Of a stretch of 64,000 nt of DNA, positions 1-12,110 are shown one piece after another. The notes below the pieces were generated by a model. The model did not search any database. It worked only from the letters and a program-made list of their open reading frames with translations, and was not told the origin of the DNA. A program made the translations under genes and the position numbers. Positions within the stretch are counted from its first letter, which is position 1, and the number at the start of each line of letters is the position of its first letter. The stretch covers positions 20,150,001 to 20,214,000 of the forward strand of contig JBHGNT010000002.1 in NCBI GenBank assembly GCA_043228905.1, written 5' to 3'. Source of the DNA: Azolla caroliniana (lineage: Eukaryota; Plantae; Polypodiophyta).

Positions 1-125
1 GAATGTACGTTTGAGTTTCTTGGGGGAAAACAAAGCTATGTTAATGGGTTTACTTTTCCTTTTTGTTCTTCCTCTTTTGATTTGAACCTTCGACTTCCAA
101 AAGGCGAAAGAAAAAAGAAGGTATG

Positions 126-127
<2 letters not shown>

Positions 128-172
<45 letters not shown>
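128..172. repeat. (CT)n microsatellite
   Basis: Perfect CT dinucleotide run; it accounts for the SLSL/ERER ORFs at 36-449. Confidence 0.95.
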
Positions 173-176
<4 letters not shown>

Positions 177-2202
177 TTCTATTTTTTTCGGGGGTCCGTG
201 GAATGTTTGTCTCTCACATGTCACCCTCTCTTTCTTTCCTTTAAAAAAAAAACACATTTTGGGGTCACGAGTGGAAGATTCCATCGACTTAAAAAGATAA
301 AAAGAACACGAATTAAATATCATAAGAATGTTTTTATTTCATGCTTTTTTGAAACTATCGACGGAATGTTTTCGTTCTTCGTATTTTATAAGCTTCGCTC
401 TTTCTCTCTCTGCCCACCTCTCCCTTTCTTTTCTCTTTTTTCTCTATGAGTTCATCTTGTTGTTCCTACAGTTTTAGGAACTTCCAGACTATTAGACTAC
501 TGTCTACCACTACAGGAACCTCAAACAACTTCAGATATCATGAATCTATCTTTGGTTATTGATCTATTGATAGTGGGTAATTGTTTTTAAACCTTGCACA
601 ACTAGATAGATAGATGCTTGTGTTCCTTCGTATTTTCTTTGCACACATGGCTCAACTACTACTAAAATTTGACACGCTTCAAATCACATGGATTGGTCAA
701 ATGATCAATGTGTTGCAAAATTACGACCCATCCCTACAACCAACCATTGTAATAATATTGAGAATTTTAATAATAATCCTTATTTTGTACTCAACCTAGT
801 GATAAATTGTTTCTTGATACTGAAACACATACACATACACATACACATATATTATCTCTCCTTTCATCTATTCATATCCTATATATGTGAATAAATTATA
901 TATCTCTTCAACAATTTTGTGTTTCCTAATTCACAAATTTATCTCCTAAACCAATATGCTTTACCTCTCTTGTGAATTCTATTACACATGGCACACACAT
1001 TCTCTAATTTTAAATTGGTCACTTTCTAGTATCTATCCTTCTTTTCCCCATTCTCTTCATGATGTGAATCCTTGTTGCTTTGTGCAAGTGTTTATAAAAT
1101 TGTAATGCAATTTGTTCTAGCATGTGAGTTCTTTCTTCTAGAGAAAGAACCATTTTTTCCATGGGGAGATTCTTACTTTTTCTATACTTTGGTATACGCA
1201 TTTGAGACATGACATGTTCTAGATCTTCCCAACAACTTTTGAGAAGTGGAGTCCAACCAAAAACTACTTTTATGTGAGATCTAGAACAAACAAAGGCATT
1301 TTAGTCAATTGGGATGTTCTTTGTTCACCACAATTACTAGAGTTCCTAAGATTTATAGCTAGATGAGAACATCACCATTTGCTTCTATCTTGTGAAAAGT
1401 TTTGTAGGCGATTGGTTAAAGCTAGTGGGCCATGAGCTCGACATTGTCTTCTCTAGTGGCAACAATGCTTTCTACTCACTTGTGTATCCATAGGATACAT
1501 GAAAGTTTGTTTATGCAACATATAAGCATAGAAACCAAAGTCTCTGATAACACATACCACACACAAAACTACTAGTTACTTCAAATAATATTGTGCCAAC
1601 AATAACCTCTTGTGGGCAATACAAGTTTTGAATTTCTTAATTATTAGCATGTTTGTAGCATAAAACTATGCCAACACATGAAAGAGAAACATCAACCAAT
1701 CATTCGTTCACTTTTTCTCTTTCTTAAGCTAGTCCATATGAGAGTTGTTGCTTAGGCTCATGGGTCAATCCCTAAACCCTAAATCCCCAACTTGTGTTTA
1801 TCCTTCAACCCTCCAATCTCATTTTTTATCTCTGAACCCTTATATGAAAATTTCTACAACTAAATTCACAGATAAATGTTTTTTTTTTCTTTCCTTGATA
1901 ACTCTTCCTTTTAGTCATATGAAGATGAACATTTGGAACACATTGTATAAAAGTCTACTCCATTATCTTGCACCAATTTGGACAAACCATTAGCAATTCT
2001 TACATCAAGACCTAATTATGTTGTGGAACTAGGAACCAACTTATGAGCCTTGGGTGCAACTCTTTTTCATGATGGATGATGTTTTGTTTGAAAGTACAAA
2101 GTTGACTTGTAATCAATGTACATTGCCCTATTTGTGATTGAGAGTTATTTGCCATATTATATGGTGAATCAATGTGGTAATTGTCACTAGTTATATAGTT
2201 GT

Positions 2203-2581
2203 TGTTATGTGCATAACTATACCTTATCTCATGATAGTTTAAACCATATTTCTACACACAAAGATAAGAGGGTGAGGGTTACTTTTAATCCTAGGGATTG
2301 AGGCAACCCTTAAGGGCCAAGATTGTACTTGCTTGGGGGCCTTAGGTTTGGCTATAAGTATGAGGCCTAGCTATACTCATTGTGCACATTATTCAACTAC
2401 ATCTGTGGTGAATAAACTCTTGTGATGAGTGTGACAGTACTAGGTACAACCCGAAGCCATAACAGTGGTATGGGATGATGTTCAAGGCTCGGGTCCGTCT
2501 CGATCCCTTTGCTTGGGGGTGGTCGGGTGAATCAACATCTTTCTTTCTCTCTTCGTGGAAAAAAAGAAAGAGGACTAGACA
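2203..2581 (+). mobile_element. Degenerate LTR, same family as 47098-47539
   Basis: Starts TGTT and aligns by eye with the reverse complement of 47098-47539 (e.g. ttttaatcctagggattgaggcaaccc; gtccgtctcgatccctt). A gypsy integrase fragment follows. Confidence 0.55.
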
Positions 2582-2654
2582 ACGTTGGTGTCTGAATTCC
2601 ATGAGAGTCCTTGGGCAAGCTAGAGAGGAACGTGGGCAACTTTCCAAAAGCTAA

Positions 2655-2932
2655 AGGAGAAGTATTGGTGGCTAGGGATGTACAAGGACATCGCCCATAT
2701 CATGAAGACATGTGAAAGCTACCAAATACATTCACACATACGCCATAGAGATGAGTTGCACCCCACTTCAAATGGATGGTAGATATGGTATCCATGCCAA
2801 TGGGATTGTTGCAAATGAAATACTTGGTGCTAGCAAGAGAGGATCTGACAAACTAGGAAGAAGGAAGGGCATTAAGGAACAAAATGACAACGGTGTGCAA
2901 GGTGTTGCTTAAAGAAGTCATTTGCCGATATG
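2655..2932 (+). pseudogene. Ty3/gypsy integrase fragment (Zn-finger/core), broken
   Basis: Translates to YWW.GMYKDIAHIMKTCES.Q and later KYLVLARED...EVICRY, with frameshifts. Confidence 0.55.
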
Positions 2933-2934
2933 AG

Positions 2935-5205
2935 CATCATGATTATCGAAGGTCGGATCACTAGGACAAGGTGCTAGATAGGAGCGTCATGATAATGCAT
3001 CTGCCTTCCCTTGTTGCTTGCTCGGACGAAATGTAATCTTGAAGTCAAAATGAGTGAGAAATTGGGCCCACCAAGCTTGTCGTCTGTTTAATACACGAGC
3101 ATTCTAGAAATAGATGAGGTTCTTGTGATCACTAAATACAATGATTTGATAAGGAGATCCTTCTAGAAAATGTCTCCATTGTGCAAAGGAATCCACTATC
3201 GCTAATAATTCCTTGTCATGTACCTCATAGTTGACTTCTCGTCGTTGCCTTGTTGTGACAAAATACTACCAAGGACGAAATCCGACGCGTTTGCTTCAAT
3301 AATAAATGGTTTTTGTAGATCAACATGAGTTAGAATAGGAGTTGATGTAAATGCTTTCTTGAGATCCACAAAAGCAATATCCACTTCATTAGTCCAAACA
3401 AATGATTTCCCCTTCTTTGTAAGTTGTGTGAGAGGCAAAATAAGTTTTGAGTAGTCCTATATAAACTTGTGATAGAAATTTGTGAATCCTAGAAAACATT
3501 GCTCGTCTTGCACCAATCATAGAGTTTGCCACTCTAATACCGTTTGGACCTTATCTGGATCCATAGAGATTCCTTTAGAGGAAATGACATAACCTAGAAA
3601 TTCCACCTGTTTACAATCAAAACTACACTTTTTGAATTTTGCATAAAAACCATGTGCTCGTAGCCGTTTTAGTACTAATCGTACATGAGAATCATGCTCT
3701 TCTAGTGTTTTTGAATAAATTAGTAGATCATCTAGGTAGATGATCAGATAGGTGTCCAAAAGATCTCGAAAAATGTCATTTTCCATGTACTAGAAGACTA
3801 CTTGTGCATTGATGAGGCCGAACAACATAATCGTATAGTCAAAATTCCCATATCGGGTGCGGAAAGTTGTCTTTCACATGTTTCCTGGTCGCATCCGTAT
3901 GCAGTTATATGCTTCCTCGTAAGTTGATTTTTGTGAAAAACTTTGCACCATTAATCCTTTCTAAGAGACTCGAGATCAGGGAAATGCATACCTATTTCTG
4001 ATGGTGACCTTATACAAGCCACGGTAATCCACGACTAGACGAAGTGATCATCCTTTTTCTTTACAAAGAAAATAGGTGCGCTGGCTGGAGATTTTGAATG
4101 TTGAATGAACCCATTTGCCAAGTTTTCCTCTATGTAGGCTCGAAGAACCTCAAGCTCGGTGGGTGACAAGTTGTAGATCGGTCCCCATGGTGGCTCTTTT
4201 CTTGGTTGTAAATCAATGGGGCAATCATACGGTCAATGTTGAGGAAGAGTATTAGCTTTTACCTTATAAAAAACATCGACATAATGGTGATACTTCTTTG
4301 GAAGTTGAATTGTTGACTCCTCCTTAATGATACTGGAAGGTTTCACTGATATTGCGAATAAAAACATTGGTTCCTTTTGTCCTTCTTCACGCAATTGATG
4401 TAGCAAAATGGTTGAGATTCCATGAGTGGATGCTTGAGATTGGGATACCTGATTTCTCTCGTTCTCCAATAGATTTTAGGGTTGTGTAATTCGAACCATG
4501 GTAACCCCAAGACAATTGGATGCTCTGGACTACTAATTATATTAAATGATATTGCACATGCCAAATTATCTAGGACAACACGAACCAGATCTAACTCTTC
4601 TATGATATTTCCAGACGCAATGGGGTGACCATCAATGACTACTACAGAAGTTGGGAAAGGAAGCTTTCTTAGGGATATCTGATGAACTTGAGCACAATTC
4701 CTATCCATGAAGCAAGAATTAGCATCAAGATCTAAGAGTGCTAAGACATGTACTGGAGGGTTACTTGCAGTACTAACATCTACTTGAGCTAAGAACACCT
4801 TGCTAACTTGCTTAGAAAGAATGAAACCACTAATGGGCTGCACAGATCCCATAGTACTAACTTCTACTTGAGCTAAGAACACCTTGCTAACTTGCTTGGA
4901 AAGAATGAAACCACTAATGGGTTGCACAGATCCAGGGCTGTCCAACCAAACGGCTCCTATTTTGTAAGGCTTAACCATGTACTGGAGGGTTACTTGTAGT
5001 ACTAACTTCTACTTGAGCTAAGAACACCTTGCTAACTTGCTTAGAAAGAATGAAACCACTAATGGGCTGCACAGATCCTGTAGTACTAACTTCTACTTGA
5101 GCTAAGAACACCTTGCTAACTTGCTTGGAAAGAATGAAACCACTAATGGGTTGCACAGATCCAGGGTTGTCCAACCAAACGACTCCTATTTTGTAAGGCT
5201 TAATT
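2935..5205 (-). mobile_element. Ty3/gypsy retrotransposon pol remnant (protease-RT-RNase H), pseudogenised
   Basis: ORF pieces: LLDLDA...IVLGLPW (aspartic protease), IYLDDLLIYS (RT), FIIEANASDFVLGSILSQ (RNase H). Order PR-RT-RH; many stops and frameshifts. Confidence 0.9.
4745..5205. repeat. Higher-order tandem duplication: 84-bp unit x2 inside a 229-bp unit x2
   Basis: gtactaac(a/t)tctacttgagctaagaacaccttgctaacttgc starts at 4770, 4854, 4999 and 5083. Confidence 0.85.
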
Positions 5206-5348
5206 GTTTAACTCTTCTTCTAGTTGACTAGCGTCTTCAAATTTGTTTGATAAACTTGGGCTACTAGGATTATTAGACACTCCTAATTGTCATGAAGACA
5301 TACATTTTGGCCTTACAAGGATTCGAGCCGACGATGTCTTGGTCTATA

Positions 5349-5577
5349 TGTTAGACCTTTAACCATTATAATAACATGTATGATGTATAGTTATAATAAA
5401 TATATTATTAGTTATTACAAGATATTTAGAGTATTCTAGAACATTCTAGGATATTCCATGATTATATTAAATATCATAAATATCATAAATATTCTAGAAT
5501 ACTCCATAAGGACCTATAAATAAGTGTTTATTCATCACAACTCATTCGGTTCAAATTGTCGAGACTCGTGAGTAGGG

Positions 5578-5608
<31 letters not shown>

Positions 5609-5915
5609 CAAGAAATGGAAATGAGATTATATTATGAGGAAACAAGGTTACAAAGAGTAAGCTAAGGGCTAAAGATTGGTGTTGAACCAAATGAGTTGTG
5701 ATGAATAAACACCTAATTATAGGTCCTTATGGAGTATTCTAGAATATTTTAGATATTTATGATATTAAATATAATCATGGAATATCCTAGAATGTTCTAG
5801 AATACTCTAAATATCTTGTAATAACCAATAATATATTTATTGTAACTATACATCATATGAATGCAAATATGTCAATCTATGGATATATGTTATTATAATG
5901 GTTAAAGGTCTCAAC
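5349..5915. repeat. Inverted repeat with ~200-bp arms (two LTR-like copies in opposite orientation), (GA)n in the spacer
   Basis: agacctttaaccattataataacat...ttcatcacaactcattcggttcaa (5353-5554) matches the reverse complement of ttgaaccaaatgagttgtgatgaa...atgttattataatggttaaaggtct (5682-5911). Confidence 0.8.
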
Positions 5916-7705
5916 CTAATTTCCTCTTTCGACAATGTCGGTCAAATCGACCGAAATCGGATATGAACCAATTGGCCGAATTGATAATCGGTAAAATTGA
6001 GAATCGACTAAGGAACAAGAGGAACCAACCGAACAAGGAGACAAATACAACTCAACCGATGAAGTCAAAGAGGAACTGCCTATGCCCAATGGAGACCGAA
6101 GATATCCCTTGATAGAGAGAAGGCCCCCTTAGAGATTTCTAGATGAAGAACATGTATTGTTAACTAATGCGGGGGAGCCAAAGAGCTTCGAGGAAGCAAA
6201 GAGAGATACCCACAAATGACAGTGGTTGAGTGCCATGCAAGACGAGATGAACTCCTTGCATGAGAACCACACATATGAATTGACCGAGCTGCTGAAAGGA
6301 AAGAAGGCACTCTGGAATAAGTGGGCGTACAAGTTGAAACTGGGAGATGGCGGAAATACACCCAGGCATAAAGCCCGAATCATGATGAAAGGCTTTCAAC
6401 AGAAGAAGGGTGTGGATTTTGACGAGATATTTGCCCCGGTAGTGAAGATGACGTCAATTCGAACGGTGCTGAGCATAACAACCAACATGGATCTCAATGT
6501 CGAGCAGTTAGACGTCAAGACGACCTTCCTACATTGAGATTTGGAGGAAGAGATTTATATGCAACATCCGGAAGGATTCATGGAGAAAGGTAAAGAAAAC
6601 TTGGTATGCCGATTGAGGAAGAGCTTATATGGGCTAAAGTAGGCACCTCGGCAATGGTACCGAAAATTCGAATCCTTCATGATGGATCACGGTTTCAACA
6701 AGACACAAGTCGATCATTGTGTCTTTGTAAAGAAATATGATGGGGGAAACTTTCTCATCCTCCTTTTGTATGTTGATGACATGTTAATTGTCAGACAGAA
6801 CCCGAAGAAAATCGGAAGTTTGAAGAAGGCCCTGAGCAAGTCATTCTCGATGAAGGACATGGGTTTGGCAAAGCAGATTCTGGGTATGCACATGTTCGGA
6901 ATTGGACAAAGAAGCTATTATGGTTTGTTAGGATCTCGGTCCCTCCGGATGGGATACGAAGGCCTGGCATCGGAAGACCCGATGAGAACCGGATCTGAAG
7001 TACCCCGGCAAGGAAGACCCGGTGAGAACCAGATGTGGAGTACCCGACAACGGAAGACCCGGTGAGAACTGGATGATGAGTACCCGACATGGAAGACCTG
7101 GTGAGAACCACATGATGCAGACCCGGTGAGAACCGGATGACGAGTACCCGACAAGGAAGACCCGGTGAGAACCGGATGTTGCAGGCCCGGTGAGAACCTC
7201 TCACCGGATGAAGGGACATATATGTAGATATGTTTCTGAGAGCCCATTGGGGCTATATCTGTAAATAGTCCTAATGTCATATTAGTATAAATGTGACCTA
7301 GGGCAAACAATATATACATATGATAGTTGTTGTTATTATCTTTGTATAGGGTAATTGGTGTAACGATTGTACTGAGAGAGAGAGAATGAGAGAGAATGAT
7401 ACAGAGCATGTCTCTGTTGTAACCGCCGCTAGGCGAAGATCGTGAGCAAGAGGTCGTTGCCTCTGTGCTCCCTGTTGTACGCCTTGACATAGTGATAGTT
7501 TGGAGTCTGTGGACTCCCGTGGTTTTTCCCTCTCAGGGTTTTCCACGTTAACATCCTGTGTATTCTCTTTTTGTTTGTGTACTTACCTCCATCCCCATTT
7601 CTTCTATGTTTGATTGTCATCAAGTGATCTACGCTTCGGTTGTGGCTGGAGATTATTCCGTATATTTCTCGTCAAACTGGTATTAGAGAGAAACGACGCA
7701 GAAAA

Positions 7706-10700
7706 ATGGACGATTCGTTGGGAGGCATGTTCAAGCTCACCGGCTCCAACTACTCAGTGTGGAAGTCGAAGATGAGGGACATGCTCGTGGTTAAAGATCT
7801 TTGGTTGCTGGTTCAGTTCGGGGACAAGAGACCGGACAAAATCGATGCCACGATATGGGAGGTGATGCACATGAAGACAACGACGTACATATGGTGCTTC
7901 ATCGACATGAGCCTGTACAACAACTTCAATGAAGAGAGCAAGGCTCATGAGCTCTGGGAGAAGATCAGCATAATGTTTCAAAACAAAAATGTTGTCAATC
8001 AGGTTTCAGTATTCCGGAAGCTAGTAAGATTCCGGTACCAAGATGGCTCCAGCATGGCGGAGCACATGAATGCCTTCGAGGGGTTGATTCACCAGGCAAC
8101 TTCATTGGAAGTACCTCTCGCCGATGAGGTACTAGCGCTACTCCTGCTTGGTTCCCTCTCAGATAGTTGGGAGACGTTGGTTGTCACTTTGGGCAACGCT
8201 GGGCCGGAAGGGAAATGGTTATCCCTAGCAAGAGTGAAGTCGAGCTTGCTAGATGAGGAGGCGCGTCAGAAAGACAAGGATACGAGCTCCGACTCCAAAG
8301 TGCTCATTACTGAATCGGAATGCGGAAGACAAAGGAACCGTAGTCCCCAGAACTGGGAAAAGTCGGGGACACGGTCAAAGTCAAGGGGGAGGCCTACTTG
8401 CTTCTATTGTGGCAAACCGGGACACTTCCAAAAGAACTGTCAGCACTTCCGAAAAGACAAGGAAACCGACGGTACTGATTCGAAGCAGACATCGGACCGG
8501 AACGGTAAAGACCGGACCGGAAGGGAACGACGACAATCGCGGCAAGTGAAGAAGAGTTGATGCTCATCACCGAGGAGAGTGAGATAAACCTTGCCGGTGA
8601 CGAGACGACCTGGGTGGTAGACTCCGGAGCGTCGTTCCACCTTACCCCGGACCGAAAATGCTTCTCATCCTACACAGCCGGTGATCACAGCTGTGTCCGG
8701 ATGGGGAATGAAGGTACGTGCCGAATTGTCGGCATAGGAGACGTGTGGCTGACAACACCAACCGGATGCAAGTTGCTGCTGAAGGATGTCCGTCATGTTC
8801 CGGAGGTTCGACTGAACCTTATATCAGTCGGTCGGCTAGACGATGAAGGCTACATGGGTAGCATCCGAAACGGTGTCATGAAGTTCAGCAAAGGGAGCCT
8901 AATTGTGGCTCGGGACCGGAAGATCAACACACTGTACCTAATGAGTGCCCGGTTATGTCCGAAAGAAGTGAACATGGCATCCGACACTGCCGGTGAGTTG
9001 TGGCACAAGAGGCTGTGTCACATGAGCGTGAAGGGGATGAAGAGGCTTGCAGATGACAACCTCATTCCAGTGAAGAACGTGCACTTGGAGAAGTGCACTG
9101 ATTGTCTGGCCGGTAAGCAAAACCGGACCTCCTTCCGACCAAGGCCACCGATGAGACGTAATGCACCACTGGAGTTGGTGCATACGGATGTGTGTCAAGT
9201 AGACACGAATTCACATGCCGGAGCGCAGTACTTCGTGACGTTCATAGATGACCACAACCGGAAGCTGTGGGCCACATCGTTGAAGACGAAGGATCAGGTG
9301 TTATCCGTCTTCAAAGAGCTCCACGCGAGAGTGGAAAGAGAAACCGGCCGGAAGCTGAAGGTGGTTCGAGCAGATAACGGAGGAGAATACCGGGGGCAGT
9401 TCGAGGAGTACTGCCGCTTGAAGGGAATCCGGCTCGAATTTACCGTGCCGAAGACGCCGAAACTAAATGAATTGGCCGAGAGGATGAACCAGACCATAAT
9501 GGAGAGGGTCCGGAGTATGCTAGCGCATGCAAAACTACCCAAGAAGTTTTGGGCCGAGGCACTGTCGACGGCGACATATGTGATAAATAGATCACCCTTA
9601 GTACCCTTGGACGGAGACATGCCACAGAGAGTGTGGACCGGTAAGGAAGTATCCTACCGGCATCTGAACGTGTTCGGGTGTCTCGCGTACGTGCATGTAG
9701 CTAAGGACCGGAGAGGAAAGTTAGATCCAAAGACTCGGCCATGCATATTCCTCGGTTACGGTGACGATGAGTTCGGCTACCGAGTGTGGGACCTGGTCGA
9801 CAAGAAGGTATTCCGGAGTCGAGATATTATCTTCATGGAGAACAAGACGCTTGCCGACTGGGAGTCGGAGAAGAAGATAATGAACTCTGAGTCGACCGGT
9901 AAGGATCAACTCTATGATGAGCAGACCCAACCGGCAAGAGACCGGTTAGCACTCGAGGGACTAGACGGCTACGGTGAGGATACCGAACGGGCTGAAGAAG
10001 AAGTAGTGGAAGCTGAAACCGGAACCGGCCAAGACCCCGAATCGGATTCGGATGAAGAGCAGATGGATGAGCCGGTCACCGAAGCCCAGAGACGGAGATA
10101 TCCTCTCAGAGAGAGAAGGGCGCCCCGGAGATTTCCGAATGCAGAGCATGTTCTACTGACCGACGAGGGGGAGCCGGAAAGCTTCGAAGAAGCGAAGGAT
10201 GACACCCACAGCCGAAAATGGTTAAGTGCCATGCAGGACGAGATGGATTCCCTGCATGAGAACCATACGTACGAATTGGTGGAGTTGCCGAAAGGAAAGC
10301 GAGCACTCCGAAACAAGTGGGTGTACAAGTTGAAACCGGGAGATGCCGGCAACCCCCCGAGATATAAAGCCAGGATCGTGGTGAAGGGGTTCCAGCAGAA
10401 GAAGGGCGTGGACTTTGACGAGATATTTGCCCCAGTAGTAAAGATGACCTCCATCCGGACGGTGTTGAGTATAGCGGCAAGCATGGACCTCGAGGTAGAA
10501 CAGCTGGATGTGAAGACGACATTCCTTCACGGCGACCTCGAAGAAGAGATCTACATGCATCAACCGGAAGGATTCGTGGAGAAAGGGAAGGAGCACCTGG
10601 TATGCCGGTTGAAGAAGAGCCTGTACGGACTGAAGCAGGCTCCCCGACAATGGTACCGGAAGTTCGACTCCTTCATGACCGATCAAGGGTACCACAAGAC

Positions 10701-11742
10701 GCAGGCCGATCACTGCGTGTTTGTGAAGAAATTTGAAGGAGGCGACTTCCTGATACTCCTTCTGTACGTGGATGACATGTTGATCGTTGGATGGGACCAA
10801 GTCAAAATACGGATGCTGAAGAAGGCTCTCAACCAGACCTTCTCAATGAAAGACTTGGGTCCGGCAAGACAGATGCTGGGGATGCACATCATCTGGAACC
10901 GGTCAAAGAAGCAATTATGGCCGTCACAGGAGAAGTACGTGACAAAGGTACTTCACCAGTTCAACATGTCAGATGCGAAACCGGTCGGATCGACACTTCC
11001 GGCAAACTGCAAGCTATCCGGTAAGCAAAGCCCGAAGACAAAAGCAGAGAAGGCGGATATGATGAAGATTCCATATGCCTCTGCCGTCGGGAGCTTGATG
11101 TACGCAATGGTTTGTACCCGACTGGACATAGGATACGCAGTCGGAGTGGTGAGCCGGTTTATGAGCAATCCCGGCAAGGAACACTGGAACGCGGTCAAAT
11201 GGATACTCCGGTATTTGAAGGGCACTTCAAATATGTGTCTCTGATTCGGCTCCGGAAGACCTCAACTTGACGGTTTCACTGATTCGGACATGTCGGCTGA
11301 TGTGGATACCAGCCGGTCTACATCCGGGTATGTAATGACATATGCAGGGGGAGCTATTTCGTGGCAGTCGAGGCTGCAAAAGACGGTTGCATTGTCAACC
11401 ATGGAGGCGGAGTACATGGCAGATGTGGAAGCCGGCAAGGAAATATTATGGATGAAGGATTTCATCGGAGAGCTCGGTATCCGGCAAGATGAATACCGAC
11501 TCTATTACGACAGTCAAAGTGCCATCCACCTTGCTAAGAATACGGCCTACCATTCCCGGACGAAGCATTTCCAACGGAGATATCACTGGATCCGGGAAAG
11601 AGTAGATGACCAGGAGTTCGCGTTGATGAAGATCCACACGACCGAGAACGGGTCAGATATGCTGACCAAAGTTCTGATACCCGACAAGCTGGATGCATGC
11701 CGGAAGCGGATCGGACTGGTAAGACACCCCATGCCAGAGTGA
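7706..11742 (+). pseudogene. Copia gag-pol polyprotein (gag, Zn knuckle, protease, integrase, RT, RNase H) with one frameshift and one stop
   Basis: CFYCGKPGHFQKNC knuckle, WVVDSGAS, HTDVC/DNGGEY integrase, LYVDDML RT, RNase H ...SDMLTK. Frameshift near 8500-8560 (local duplication); in-frame TGA at 11242-11244. Confidence 0.92.
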
Positions 11743-11823
11743 AGGGGGAGTTTGTTGGAAGACAGGTCCCTCCGGATGGGAAGAGAAAAGAACAGTGCTG
11801 ATGAACAAACTCGGCCGAGGCCG

Positions 11824-12110
11824 AGACCGGATGAGGAGTACCCAGCTACGGAGAGCCGGATGATGCAGACCCGGTGAAGACCGGATGAGGAGTACCTGGC
11901 TACGGAGAGCCGGATGATGCAGACCCGGTGAAGACCGGATGAGGAGTACCCGGCTACGGAGAGCCAGATGATGCAGACCCGGTGAAGACCGGATGAGGAG
12001 TACCTGGCTACGGAGAGCCGGATGATGCAGACCCGGTGAAGATCGGATGAGGAGTACTCAGCTACGGAGAGCCGGATGGTGCTGACCCGGTGAGGAATGC
12101 TCACCGGACG
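11824..12110 (+). repeat. 54-bp tandem repeats in LTR U3 (related units at 6970-7200)
   Basis: About five copies of gaccggatgaggagtacc(t/c)ggctacggagagccggatgatgcagacccggtgaa. Confidence 0.9.

Noticed and set aside
36-449. Short ORFs with SLSL/ERER or THTH/CVCV runs (also 24652-25331, 45773-46106)
   Set aside because: They are translations of microsatellites.
8500-8560. Programmed gag-pol frameshift
   Set aside because: Copia elements typically use a single ORF; comparison with 52140-52220 shows a local duplication (accggaccgg) causing the shift.
8953-11637. Many antisense ORFs over the copia pol and over the transposon genes
   Set aside because: They are shadow ORFs of long coding sequences with no recognisable motifs.
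11824-12110. CRISPR-like or coding repeats (ORFs 11583-12119, 6791-7490)
   Set aside because: These are tandem units within LTR U3 with no unique spacers; the ORFs are by-products of stop-free repeats.
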